Origin: Catajapyx aquilonaris
Taxonomy: Eukaryota
NCBI GenBank assembly: GCA_000934665.2
Contig: KZ538447.1
Location: 1 to 64,000, forward strand
Direction of reading: 5' to 3'
Length of the DNA: 64,000 nt
In this document: in pieces, positions 40,201-55,200 of the stretch
Position numbering within the stretch: position 1 is the stretch's first letter
How the letters are laid out: the number at the start of each line of letters is the position of its first letter
Notes under the pieces: generated by a model
The model's input: the letters and a program-made list of their open reading frames with translations, nothing else
The model's database searches: none
Told to the model about the DNA's origin: nothing
Translations under genes and position numbers: made by a program

Positions 40201-43200
40201 CCCCCCCCCCTCGATAAATGTGAGATGACTGATTTTGTCCAATAAATATAGAGGTTGTCTTTTTTTCTGCATTTCCCCTTTCTCGAAAATGATGGTCTCA
40301 ATATTGTCTATACACGACATCGGTTCGGAACGAGATGTCAAAAAGGAAGGATGAAAAATATCAACATTATAGCAACTGTTATAAATGACTTCTGTTTTTT
40401 TATATGGCGTCGTCATTAATCATAGCGGCTTGATTAAGAACTTGATTAAGAGGAGGCTTGATTAAGAGGATAATCTCGCACACAACTCAATAATTCTTCT
40501 TCAAGACGTACAGTACAACAATAATATTGTGATCCAGTACCTGGTATATAGATCATTACTAATAAATCATTTACGTAATCACAACTTCATGTATAGATAA
40601 ACTTGTGGTTTCAAATCATGTATTGCCTTTTGTTCCACATAATAATGTGATAACACAGCATCTTTGTTAGTTGATAGTCTTTTATTGCCCAAATTAGACG
40701 CACGCAAAGGTCATAATGAGCGCGTGCAACAATATCGTAAAGCATACTAATTTACTGCAGCATTTGAAATGACAATGTGGCACCGCATGTAAATTGCACC
40801 GGATAAAAAGTTTTTCTTCTGTAGAGCGATAATAATTGATTGGACATTTTTCCATTGCATTAAGATCCTCGTATAGTCACCACGAGATTACTTAAAACAT
40901 GGTCTGAACGATTATAAATTTGAAAGCACTGTACTTGCACTTAAAATATCAGCAATATTAGAGATGTCACGCAGTTTTACATTTCACGCTGCAAGATTAA
41001 CCATTAGTGTCTCGGAATTTTGAGACACGGCGAATTTTTAGAAATATTTGGGTAGAACTTGTCGTCGTGAACACGTGGTTTTGACAAAAATCGCACATGC
41101 ATTGGTTACACATTTAACGTAAATATCCTGAAAAAAGTATCCCTGGTATGGGGAATGGTGTGAAGCCAACAGCAAATTATTAAAATATCAGGCAAACTAG
41201 AGTCACAAAAAGACGCTTTGGAATCATCTTGATGATAACATGTGCTATTAACTTTTCATTCACAACTACATCATTTAACGATAGCTCCGAATATGTTCAT
41301 TGAGTAACCTTGCCCTCCTTAAGAGAAAAATCGATGGGCAAATTTCTTCCACTTAAACGTGATTTACGTCTTACAATATTTAATGAGTGAAGGTAATAAT
41401 TCAGCACTTTCATTCCCTCTGGACGCTGAAAATAAGCGCGCCTCACATGAACGGCTAGAGAATTTTTCGGTTGCCATGAGTAGCAAAAAGAATTTACAAA
41501 GATGTAAATCATCGTCAAGAACATGCAATTCTGCTGAGATATGACATTATGTGCATAAAAATACCGTCAGGCCTCTACGTGATTCAAGATTCCTTTTTTG
41601 TGTGTGGCGGCGAACCCTTGGTCAAAATCAGATGCCTCATGCGCACGTAAGAGGTTGCCTTGGAACAATGATCCTAGCTTTCGTGGAAAAGACGCCGATC
41701 TGTTGCGTTTAAAATTGCACGGAATCGGGCACGATGGCCTTCTTAATGGCTACTTCTTCAATGACTCATGCTTCTCCTTACTGATTTGACAAGTTCGGGT
41801 AATATTTTATACTCTATAACCTGGCCCAAAACACCGTTTTTGACGACGATAAAATAACCACTACTTACTAACCTAGTCACAAATACATGTACACAACCAA
41901 GAGGGACTCTGGTACAACATAATATACATCGTAAGAATCAAAATTCAAAATAAAAGGGTTGACGTCACGCAATTGAAAAAGATTAAATGCATAAAATTGT
42001 CAAAACTGAGCAACGTGTCAATGACCCTAAGAATTTATCCGAAGAACCACTTCAGTCATCAAGATAGTGTGACGTACGTCACCAACATTGCTTTTTGTAA
42101 ATGACAATTTCTCTCGAATGTAAGTTTAGGTATGCTATCCAAACACGTTGGATATAGCGTGCATGGGGATGAGTACAGTAGTAGCACAAATGAGTGGAGA
42201 GTGGAGAAACTTTCAGGCCTTTTATATACAGTGCTCGCTAATGGCGTAATGTCTGCCCTGGCCAAATGTGGAAAATTCCATCATTGTGCGCAATAAAAGG
42301 CGCCACTCCAGCTACACAAAAAATCAATGGCTACTGTTCCGACACGTGGTCTCACAGCAGGCTCCGTAAATGGGAAACACCTCAAAAGTTTTCTCCGAAA
42401 TGTTCCTATAGGGGGCAATGGATGAATCTCCAGAACCCACACTACCCCATTTTCCTTCCCTTCGGGGAAGGAGAGTTAGAACCTAATGGATGGAAGCAAA
42501 GTTACGGCGACTTTGGTAGTTAAAAGAGGTCGCAGACGTCAAAGTTGGAAGAATGAATCGCCTTCGATGACTGCGAACCAAACCTGTTTGTCTCCTTTTT
42601 CTGCGCTTGGCTTCCTCAGAAATAACGTACCGGCGACGTCTTTATGGTTTTCTTCGGCATTCCGAAGAATCTGACAGTCGATCGCGCACAAGATTATTCC
42701 TTCTATTTTTTCCCACAAAATGCTGTTCTTCCCTTCTTTTGCTATCTTTACGAAAATAAATGAGAAGTGCTAACGAAAACGTGTTGCATTCTTCTCTTTC
42801 AGGAGATTACCGCGAGTTGAAGATGCCCGAAGTGGTCTTTCAAAGGGTAGTTGAGTTATTGCAGCAGCACAACGAATTCACTGTGTTGGCCTTCGTACGG
42901 CAGGAAGATGCCAACTCGGGCAGCATAATCTCATTTTCACACGGGTACCATAGGTAAGTAAGAGATACGTTGTACTGTGCTGTACTGAATCACAGTGGTC
43001 CACAATACCCTGAAAATCTGCCCTTGTAACATTGTGTCAAAAAATTAGAGGTGTCTTTCTGGGGTATTGTGAACCATCACGCCAAGTCTGATTTTGTTGT
43101 CACATACCTGCTTATTTTCCTTGCAGGTATTTTGAGCTACAATCCAGTGGTCGTAAAGATGAAATTCGTCTCCACTATACTCATACAAATTCTGTTCGCG

Positions 43201-46200
43201 TCGAAACATTCCCTTACCGCCTTGCCAACAACAAGTGGCACAAGTTGGCCCTCTCTGTGAGTGGGAACCAAGTGGAATTGTACATAGACTGTCACAAAAT
43301 ATATCAACGGGTATTATGGACAATCGACAGGAATTTTACGATAGATGGTGGAAATTTATCACTGTGGGTAGGACAGCGCAACAACAAGCACTTTCTTTAT
43401 AAGGTAAGTCGCCTTTACGATCTCATTGGTTGATAAGTGACGGACCACGAAACTGCTTTACACGTTTTTTATTGGAATGGCCCTGCAAAGTATTGCGAAA
43501 AGACTTGCTCATATTAACCCTAACCAGTGCAAGGGTCGTCCAGGGAAATCAATGGACCTCTTCCGTTCAGTCTAAATTGGTGACCGTCAACATCCTACCT
43601 GAAGGTGCAGATTGCGTGTCAGAGGGCAAGCCCCTCTTGCCTCCTCCTCTTGCCTTCCCTTGTAACACGCGTTAGAGTCAGGCAATAAAAAGTCTTGAAG
43701 GACGATATGGCGCCCTTGCACTGGATCATACGCCCACACCTTTCCTCTACGCCGGACAAGTTCCCGGAATTTTGCTCTTTGCACTATCTTGTGAGGCCTT
43801 GTGCACTAAATTACAAGGAGAATAAGGTGAAGTGTTAGGTATGGATTTTTGCGAGACTTTTGAAACAACCTCCTGAAAGGTCAAAAGGGTGTTATTGTAT
43901 ACAGTACATGTTATAGGATGTCGGGTGAGAATTTTTAACTTGCCAGTTAATGGACTACAGATGAACTGCCAATGTTGATACCTGTTGTTTACCTGAGTGA
44001 TATAGGTAGGACTTCTAACATAAAGAATACCGTTCCACTCAATACTGAATACTACAGAACACCAAGTAAAAGCCCCAGTGATCTGGAAAGAGGTCTATTT
44101 AAATAGGCTGTTTGTGATGCTCACCTAATTTTCTGCCAATTTCATGTCGCAATCAGCGTTGGAATAATTGAAGTGTGGTGGCTTTGTTAGCACTATTTTA
44201 GTCATTCTGCCAAATCGATGGGCAAATTAGCAAAACTCAATCAGTTAGCATAAATTCATTATTATGAACTGTAACCTAATGTAAGGTGACGTTGGTTCAT
44301 TGGCATGCAATAATAATATGGAGCAATAAAAATTTGTGTTGGGCTGTCTGGGACATTACGTCTTACACTACACGTGTATCTGAACGAAGACTTCCCCTAT
44401 GATAAAATGAATAACTGTTAAAATGCTCTGTAATTGAAGACCTCGGGGGAAGAACGATCAAGGTTCACCTCAGGCGAAACTGAGATATTTCTATTTCAAA
44501 TTTCGAAGGCCCCTAAGGTTCCATTGTAAATCCCACTTTCGAGGTCTTTCATATAGTGACCTATGATCATTACTCCACAACCACTACCAATCATATTCTA
44601 CACTACTGAAAGTATCTTCCGAGATATGCAACTCATTTTTGACAAAAAGTGGACCATGATCGATCTTCCCACGAGGCCTTCAATTTTTTATCCCGATTCA
44701 TTCATCCTAAATCTAAATATTATGTATCGAAATGAAGACTGTTATTACCGGAGATATAATAAGCCATGAAAATTATTGACGCACTATTACCTTTCTCAAA
44801 GGCCTACTGAGAAATAATTATTTTAGAGGACTACATGGCCTAAATATAAAACACATAGATGGCGCATTAATTTTAGAGTTCGTATGATGTATGACTGCAA
44901 TTATTATAAGCAGTTACTTTTATTGGCCTTTTATGGAAGTATACTCATAAGTTATGCTCTAAAAGTCTAAAATATAAACTTTAAAACTAAAAGTATGTTA
45001 AATTCTGATGAACAATATAATTCTCAAGAGTCAAGAGAAAACTGCATGAAAAACACGGTTGCCAGAAGTTTAAAGTGAAATGGAAAGATTAATAACTATG
45101 TGCAAACAATGTGCAGTGTAAATGAGATCCCAAATCATGCTTCAAATTGAAAGAATAAACCACCACGATAGTTTGGCTTCATAGCAATTCTACTAATCAC
45201 CCCCTACATCAAGAACCACCACTATTTTGGCGTTTACGGTCTAATTAACTTTTATTCATCCCCGCTGGGTTTATGAATGCGGTGTTATTGCTACATGGGC
45301 CTCATTAGCGGTCATTTGTTTCCCTGCCTCGCGTTAGTTATTAAAATCGTTCAAACATTAAGATGAGGTAGAATCACTGACCCCCCTAGCAGTATATCCC
45401 GCTATTTTATTATCTTTAAGTAGCTACCTTTGTTTAGTAGTATAGAGAAAGGTCAGTTCAATATAATTATAATGACTTGATTCTGCTCGTGATTGTTGTC
45501 TACCATTGATTATTATAAACGATCCCGCAGTGTGAGGCGGTACCGGTCCTATCGTGTGGTGTCTGGAAGTGGCTTAGCAATTGTGCAAATTTTATTTTTG
45601 GCTCGATTTAGTCTGGGCCTGGGGGTGATTTATATATGCATGTTAACGATTACAGGGCACTCTGCAGGAAGTGAAGATCGTGGCTGGAACCAACGGCTAC
45701 TTGGAACAGTGCCCGCAGTTAGATTCGACATGTCCAACCTGCGGGGAATTCACTGTGCTGCAGGCCACGGTAACGCAGCTGCAGCGTCATGTCCTTGAAC
45801 TCACTGCCAGGGTATGAATTATGCTTCATTTTTTTGTTTGCATTGTAAGGGTCAGTTTGTTACTACTTTTAGCCAGTACACCTTATGCGTTATTCAGCTG
45901 ACAGGCAGCTCTGATTGCGATTCTTGCCATGGCACCGTCTTGCCCCAGAATTCTTAGGATTCTATCGGTTGTCGTGTGCAAGGAGCTTGTTAACTCTCTT
46001 CCCACATTCCATGTCAGTTGCACATCATTGGAAAATCCTATATCCAGCATAGGCTGGCATAAACAGACATTCAATTACGAATGATCGAGAGGGGAAGCTC
46101 ATCGGTGAATAAATTTTAAATCCACCTTTTTTAAAGATTTTTTCATGTAAAAATTGCTTTTTTCATCCGAGTACCGTAATAGCATTATCATTCTTTTACA

Positions 46201-49200
46201 AGCTAGGGATAGTTCGACAATCTTAGGATGATAATGATAGGAGCCTATCAATGAACACTCGATCAATGCAAAAGCGACTTGTAATGCTGTTTTATTATAC
46301 AGTAAGTTATATTCATATGGAAGTAACTCCTAATTTTTTTTAAATGATACATTTTGTACTTGTGCAATTTTGTGCAACTCATCCGATGTACAAACAGTCA
46401 GATATAGATATTAAAATCGTAATAAAGCTGCCGAAACTCTTCACTGAAATGTTTCTGAATAACGTGTGGTTCATAACTTCCGTGAAACATCAATGTTTGA
46501 TATTTAACTACATGAAAAATATAGTGGAACTTCCCATTTGATTTCATTATACAGTTATGAGTGACGTGTGATATTACTGTATAAGTATTCCTGTGCATAA
46601 AACTCTCACATGTACCGGACTGAAAGTTACTTACTCATTGTGATGCCTTCAATTTTATTTGTTGCAGCTTCAAGAAGCCGAAACTCGAATTAATAAAGTC
46701 GAAGAATGTGATTGTCAACGTTCCTGTCGAGTAAATGGTTCCGTGCATGCGGATGGTGCCACGTGGCAAGAAGGGTGTGAAATTTGTGCATGTGTGGTAA
46801 GTCAATTTACTACTCATCGATACGGTTTTGAAAAGTGTAGACTTCAAACCCCTTTTCTGGGAGTAGTGTGACTGCTCTAGTAGAAAATTTACTTGATCAA
46901 TATGACATAACCATCCAGGAGTATGTGCCACTGTGTTTAAGTTTATTTTTACCAAAAAAGCGACATTGATAGATGTGATTTTCAGGTTTTCACTTAGTTT
47001 TGAATATGAAATTGTTCGGAAGGCTTTTTGACCATGTTAGAGACGTAAATGGATCCGGAAAGTTTGCCCCGAATGCCCGAAACTACACAAACACCACGAA
47101 TACCACCATAATCTTTCTCACAGCTGCTTATCGTGGATCCAACAGTGGAAGTTCTTTGTTAGGAAACAATTTGAATGAACTTCATTAGACGTAGACTTTC
47201 GAAACTCCTGCAAGTTTTGTTAGGTATAGGCCCCTCTTGCTCTTGCAATATTTGCAAGGCCAGACCCTGGAAACTTTGCTAGAGACCTCGAAACCGTGGC
47301 TCATTTTAAAAAGTTAAGCTCGAGTTACAACTTCCTTGTGGGGGCTCTAAAGGAATATACCGGTACTATTTTTTTGATTATTTTACTACGGGGTATCGAC
47401 CGGCATAGAAAAGCATGCAGCCTTACAAACTATACACTTTGCCCCTTATCACGACACCTACACACCATTAATCTATTTTATCCTTGCGGCAAAGGGCTGA
47501 TTCAAATCGTGCACTTATTTTCAGACGGGCGAGATCAAGTGTCGGCCAATTCAGTGTCCAAAAATCACGTGTAAAAACCCGGTGTATGCTCCTAACGAAT
47601 GCTGCCCTACATGCCTTAGTAAGTACACATCTGACATGACCTTTCGCATTTCCTACTTGTCCTCAAGCAAGCGTGTGTTTGGCTAATTTGTCTTTTTCCC
47701 CACCCTGCAGTGCAGTGCTACCTTCGGGGTGTGTTGTACGACCATGGTGTATCGGTGAGCCCTCGACAATGTGTGGTCTGCGAATGTTTCAACGGTTCCA
47801 TGAGATGCCGGCATATCGACCCCGAGACCATGTGTCCTCCATTACCATGTCCTATAGAGCAACAATTTAGCATTGCTGGTGAATGCTGCAAGTTTTGTCC
47901 AGGTACGGATGAAAACGATTGCCAAAATACTTATGCTATTATTAATTGGTCCATCACATAAACATTACCTGTTATGTAGTACTCTTACATTAAAGTAATT
48001 CAGCTTGTCAAAAAAAAGATAGTGTAATTCAGTCAGGTGCTACTCTCCGCAAATATCGTCGGACAATTCGTTACAATATGAACTTAACCCACTTTTGCAA
48101 CCATACTCATTCTCTACTCATCAGTCTTCCATCACTAGCAAAATTAATAATATTTATGAAGTAATTAATTTCTTTTCCCAAAAATATGACCCCAGGAGGG
48201 AAGAATGTACGCCTATTCACTTGAACTGGGTTGGCGATCATAACCTTACATTCTCTCCGCTCCTCAACAGGTGTAGATTACTGCGCCAAGGGCCACACGT
48301 GTCACGCAAACGCGTCGTGTCTTAACCTACAAACAACCTATGCATGTCAGTGCATCAGCGGATTCCAAGGAGATGGTCACTTATGCCACGGTAAGCCCAC
48401 TTTTTCATTGTGCTCCCAGACGACGAATAAAATGTGTCGTGCATTTTTTTATATTTCTTTCTCTGGTGCTAGACATCGACGAATGTCAAGAGAAAGGAGG
48501 CCTGGACGGACATCACTGCAACAGCAATACTCGTTGTGTAAATAGTCCAGGATCTTATGTGTGCGAGTGCCTTCCGGGATATCGCCGTCTGGACAAGTTC
48601 AACTGCGTGGAGCACGATGAATGCAGCACCGGCGACCATGCATGTGACGACCACGCTCGCTGCCTCAACACCCAGGGCAGTTACAGTTGCCAGTGCCTGC
48701 CCGGATATGTTGGCGACGGCTACACCTGCAAACGTGAGTCACACCGTTTCATCCCACCTATTGTAATTGTGTCCTTCTTGTGTGTCAAACTGTCTCCATT
48801 CGTCTTCTTGACTACACCCTGCAACTGTCATTTGTCGAAGTTCTTCCTAGTTTGATCGTTCTTCGAAAGCACTAAAATGCTATTGTAATGTGTCTATTAC
48901 CTGGCGTCATATAGCATCACATATAACATAAATGACACTCATGCATCGTCCCATGCTAGGCCTACAATATTTCATTTGCAAATATTGCCGGTCTCTTTGA
49001 TAGGCTCTATAAGTTAATTCTGCCGGGTGGATCACATTTTTTGTTTTTGAGTGACAGAAGGAATTAATTTATATTTAATTTTGCCCCAACCCATAATGAA
49101 ATCACATATCTTATGCATTCGCTCTTCTTCAAGTTTTTTTTCTCATGGTATGTACAGTAATGCCTAATGGAATGTTTTTGAAACTCAGTACGGTATTTTA

Positions 49201-52200
49201 GTGATATCCACATTTTTGTTTGAGTTTAGGGGCTACAATAACGGAGAAGTTGACTGATACCACTGAGTTTTGTAGGAAACGAACAAACTTATTATACTGA
49301 TACGAATAGCGAATCATCTCTCTGAAGCATACACCTTATATTGCATCTGATTTTGTAACTTAGAACCTATATGTATACTGGGCGATTTGGAAAATATGTA
49401 AAGGGAAAGTGCAGTCTGCAAGTACATTGTTCCACGATTATTTTTTGCTCTCTTCCTCAGCTTCAAAAGTCTAGCGGAAAAGCAGTCTAATAAATTACTC
49501 TATACGAGAAAACTCCACTTCAGGAAATGACCCAAAAACAGACAAAATGAAGTTCGTGAAAACTGCAGGCTACCTTTGAACGATTTCGTCTCAGAATATC
49601 CTCCATTGATTTGCCCCAGCGTCCTTGCAAGTACGGCTTAACACATTTAACCACCTCTAAAACTTCATCATCACTCGGCTAAGCAGGTAAACAGCTGGGG
49701 AAAGTCTAGTCCGGAATTAACTGGAGGAAAACTCCCAGCCGAAGCGGTCCTCATATTTTCATTAGCATGGAATCCCTCCTCTTAATTAGACCCAAGTGGC
49801 AAGCTAGGACCTACGCAAATGAGGAATCGCGGGTGTAATGTGCAGGACAGGTCAGGCTCTGGTCTAGCTCCCCCTCCAACTCCATAGAGGGTCTTTATCG
49901 TTTAGAATCAGCGGGAAGCATTATTCATCTCTCTCTCGCTCGCCGGGTTACAGGGGGGATAGTCCTATCGGTTTTCGTGATGGGCCAGGTTGGTACCGGC
50001 CGGCAGTAAATTCAGGTGGAAAGAACAGCTTCCGTTTTAGGAGGGCTGTTGATCTTTCCCGTCATGCAAGTCACGGACCAATGCATACCCTCATGCTATA
50101 TACCACCTGCATTCCAAACGCTATCGGCATCTAATCTCACACCATAAATGGAATAATGTAGTCTGGTTTTTGTACACATTTGGACATGTAATGCCAGAGA
50201 AACAAACACTTTACATGAAATTGCTTTTCTATGCACCTTCTTGGTGTGCTTTCCCCTGTAACACGTAACTGCAGATACCAACTTTGATTAGAGTGTTACT
50301 TTTATGCTATGTGTTGAAGACACGTCGAAGAGGGAACTTCTGAGCCTCAGAGAATCACTTTATGTAGAGATGTTATTTGGTCTCCAAAGCCTAGTTACAA
50401 AAATGATTAGCATTAATTAAAATGCAAATATCACTCCCTGCAACAAAGAGACAGTCTCGTCCATTGGCTAGGCGATTCCCCACTACGTATCACATGGAAA
50501 TGCATTTTAAATATGTTACAAATTTACAATTCGTAGTAACACTTACAATGCACTGCATCTGTTACAGTATTGTATTTAAAATGGTAGATCGCACGGAGGG
50601 ATGCTTACCTCCCAGGATATTATGGCTAGTATTTGAAGCTATTTAGCTCGGTAATGAGGCCGTGAAGACCAAATGCCATACCTACATCTGGTTTTCAGGA
50701 GTTCATCATAGATGTTTTAAATACATTAAACTTTAACATCTTATTGAAACGCCATAAAATTGGAGGAAGACTAACTTGTCCTGAATTTGCCTTAAACACT
50801 TACTGGACAGGTTCAATCGGGTTCAATGCGCTACCACAATCAGCTACGTTAGTCACAAACTAATTATATGCTCCAGGAAACGTTAACTGAGTTTTACTTA
50901 TGAGATCAGTAGTTGTGCTCAATATGCCACTGGGTTCCTTACAAGTATCCATCATAATGAAGCATGGCCATAAAATATTCAATAGCGTTTCACATCATGG
51001 GTGGTCGAAAGTGATAGATTACTCTCATGCTATGTAAATCATTTGCTTCTACATTTATCCTTGAAGTCCTGCAGTTTTCAGTAATGGTAAACCCAGTTTT
51101 TTACTAGACTTGGTAATCCATCATTTGGATCCTTTTGAAAATCGCATCCTTTACTTGCAAATGAGCAAAATATCTGGCATGTACTCACCTTTTCTCGATG
51201 GATGTAGGCAGACTCATATACGTAGAAAATAGCTTTGCCAGGTGAGTCAAAACAGCTTCAAGAATCTAGAGCAGTTCAGTGACTTGACCTCTCTGCTGCT
51301 GGTCAGCCTTCGCTATCCATCGCCTAAGTAAAAGTGGAGAGAGTCAGGTCAGTGTTAGATTGTTTTTGACTACTGGTTTATATAGGCTGTTACTTCAATC
51401 GAAATTAACAACGTCATTTACAAATCATATGCAGTTGATTGTATGGGACCAAATCCACAACAATAATTGAACATGATACCTATTCATATCTTTGTTGCAT
51501 GCACTTCTTCTCGGTCTCTTTAGCTTATGCATGTTGTGTGTATAGTAGATGTCATTTTTATTTGTGTGCTTCCCACAAGCTTTTCATACACGGCCATTAC
51601 AAGTAACACAAAAGATTACTCAAAGTTATCATAATAAAATTTTAAAAAAATACCACCATTTCTAACATGTAGCCTTGAAAGAAGCAACAAGACCGTAAAT
51701 TGCATTCTAAAATTTTCATCCGCAAAAATTTTAAGGGGCCTGGACGGGAATCGGATATTGCTCCTAATCACTCTGCTGCCATACTAACATTGAATCATAT
51801 AAATCCTCGTTTTGCCCAAGCTCAGAGACTTTCTTGGAAAAAAAAACTCTTCCTGACTTTTACAGAAGTTGCTTCTTGATAGACAAGAGAGTTGTTGCGA
51901 CGGGCGCTCGAAAGGCCGCTAGGTGGTGACAACCCGCCCTTCAGCGGATTGCAGAGGGAAAAGAGGCTCCCGTCAGGTCATCAATCTTGGAAGCGGATAG
52001 TAGCCCCACATTTACGCTGACGAGGTATGAGAAACTTTAGCAACTCCAATACCTTGTAGCGTCTTTGCCATCAATAAGAGAGATATATAAAAAAGACTTC
52101 GATACAAAGGCGACAGTGTTTCTTTTATGTACCTACCTTCGGCTCCTCGTGTGAACGCTTGACGCTTTTGCACTTTGATTTTTTACTTAGACTTTCAGTT

Positions 52201-55200
52201 GCGGTTCTTATTTTGCATTGTATCGCTTTTCAAAGTCTCGTTAGCATTTTTATGTGCAGTTTTCCTTTAGCTCACAGTAGCTTAGAAATTCGGACATTAG
52301 CTAGCACTTGTCGTATTGCACGTTCAGCAAAATCCCTCTTGCATGAATAACGTAGCCATGGATTTGATAGTGTTTTTTAAAGTCTGGGATATTCTTTTCA
52401 ACCGCGCTGAATCCAGCAGACGTTATCTTAAATCAGACTTGACTTTCATAACTTTTCAGAGCAAATAAATCAAACTGTATCTAGGTCATTTAAACAGTAA
52501 CTTTTACGAGCAGGCCATTACCATATAAACCTACAAGTCATGAATCAGACCCCTGTCCTGACAATTAACATGACCCTTGACTCAGTTCAGAAAGCACTGT
52601 GCATTCCACGTTATTCTCAATGCAGAAGAGCGAATGCATAAGACTATTTAAATTGCTTTTTATTACTGCACAGCGTCAAAGTTTGCATCCATCTCAAATC
52701 CCTAGTGGTCAGTGGACAAAGACATTTGGAAAGAAGGCGGAATTTCTTGCCTTCCAAGAAAGTCAACTATTGTAAACGTGGATGAAAGTAATAAATGACC
52801 ACGAAACCTAATAATTATTTTCCAGCCGTGTGTAACCAAACCTGCCTGAACGGTGGGGAATGCGTGTCACCTGGTGAGTGTAAGTGCAAAAAGGGCTACG
52901 TCGGGCCCAGCTGTGAATTGGACATGGATGAATGTGCCTTGGGTCTCCACCAATGCCACCCCAATGCTGACTGTGTCAACATGCCGGGGTGGTATTACTG
53001 CCAGTGCAAGTCTGGATTCCGCAGCATCATGCAAGACCACACTGTAGGAGCCATTTGCCAAGGTAACAAATCTCCCCCTTGAGTATATCCACGAGGATGT
53101 TAACCCGACTCCATTTGTCCCTACAGATATAGACGAGTGTGCGGAAGAAATTCACACCTGCCACCACTCTGCACTATGCAAAAACGCCCAGGGAAGCTAC
53201 GAGTGTGTCTGCCCCCCTGGGCAAGACGACTGTTCCCGCGGTAGGTACTTAGCAAAGAGCAACGTTAATGTAGAGCACTAACTTTGCTGGGTTTATCCTT
53301 TAAAGTAAACAGTTGAAACTTCAGGCAATGCAAATAGGTAACCTCAATTCCAGATTGTGTGTTCCAAGGCCTGGAGTTCCGGAATCATGACGTCTGGGAA
53401 GACCACAGCAAACCCTGCTCTCAGTGCTCATGCACGGAGGGCACAGTCACATGCAAAGAAATGACCTGCAATTGTCACGACCCAAAGGTCAGTCTGGACT
53501 GCTGCCCGCAATGCGACATGACCTCGGTGTGTCCGCATCAGGAGGTGCCCCGAGTGACCTTCAAGAACGGCGAGCAGTGGATATATCAGTGCCAGACATG
53601 TGAATGTTTGGTAAGGACCTCGACCTACGAGATGGTCTAAAATTGCCAGAAAAAAATCCACACTCGTAACTACAATACCATTCTTTCCCAGCACGGAGAA
53701 ATTGACTGCTGGCCCATGGAATGTCCTCCGGTGGTGTGTCGCGATCCAGTCCTGCTACCGGGGGACTGCTGCCCCCGTTGCCTGGATGACCCCTGTGGCA
53801 TGGACCACAACGTGACCGGGGACGGAGCCAGCAACGGCAGGCCATGTACATACCTCGGAAGGTTGCATGCCAGTGGCAGCCAATGGGAATTGCCTCAGGA
53901 TAAGTGCACAAGCTGCAAGTGCCGAGTAAGTCCCCCTCTTGCCCTGCATCCCACCTCCGATATGTCACCCCCCATCCCATCTTTTTCCATCAACTCGGCT
54001 GTTTTGTCCTTCTTTTTTTGTCTCTCGGAGATGTCAACTACTGCAGGCCCAGCTGCCACTAACGCTGCCCGCGCCATTCCAGTCCAATCCATTCGACTTG
54101 CAATATTTTGATATGGCATGGACCATTTTTCTTGTCGTTTTTCCCCATTTGTTTACCCCTAGGCTGGCTCTATAGATTTCCCCCCCTCAACTCTTAGCAG
54201 TGCAACTGCAATGCGAAACAAACATTAAAGCCGACGTGTCAACCTCGTTTTTTCCATGCCTTTGTTTTAACGAGCTTAGAACTGCTGGTAATAGACTGCT
54301 TCCGAGATTAAAGTAAATGGTTGCTTTGAAAACAATTCCAAACGCCCCCCTGATTTGTTTTCATTGGCATGCCGTCTTACGTTTTTAGGGTAGAGTGACT
54401 CAAAAAAGAATCCTTTGAACACTGCTTGTCTGCCTGGATTTTGTTCTTTCCGATTACTTTAATTGCCTGGTCCAATTAACTACTCCAAACATTCGTTGCA
54501 TTTTGTGAATTGCTAACCAGTGTAGGCAAAAGTAACCTCTCTTTTTAAGTTGTTGACAAACGAGTTGTGTTGTTTGCTTTGTGACTAAACAAGAGTCGTT
54601 AGGAGGGCTGCTTTTGACTAACAATTTGGTAACACAAACTTCTTTTGCAGGTGCCGATCTGCGATCAACTGGTGAGCAATCTCGCGTGTTGTGTGCATCG
54701 GTAATCACGAAATAACTCTCTAGCTATCAATGAAAACACTTGGAAATAGGGACTGTTTTGTAGATAGCATGCATGAAATTGCACTGTCTTGTACCTGGAG
54801 TTTCCTAAGGTATTTCTTATACGGGTCGTCAGGGAATATTGTGTAATGAATGATTTCCTCTCGCCATTTCTGTCTTCTCAGAAGGTGGGATAAAACAAGT
54901 CCCAAACGAGACGCGTAGTGCGAAGTTATTACCTCGTGGGCGCAACAGTAAAACTTGAGGGTTCTTTCAGAGTGCAATGAAATGGGGGAAATAACGTCCT
55001 CAGCCCAGAGATACTACTGACTTGCTCTCCACGCCCAAGTAAATTGCTAGCTCGTCAGCACAGTCACCATTTCCTGGGAGAGACCACCCAGCCAAAGCCG
55101 ATAGCTCTTGTTGAACCTCGGCAGCTTCACATTCCGCGCTATGTAATTATTGTTTCCTAAATATATAGCTGGCGAAGCTTAGGAAAAGAGCGCTTGTCAA

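Noticed and set aside
48734..48855. Hydrophobic extension if NELL exon 10 reads into the intron; similar case at 53926-54111
   Set aside because: Strong donors (GTGAGT, GTAAGT); T-rich intron sequence readily gives hydrophobic codons; no other support
51238..51378. Weak inverted repeat in NELL intron 10
   Set aside because: Short and interrupted arms; probably a decayed MITE
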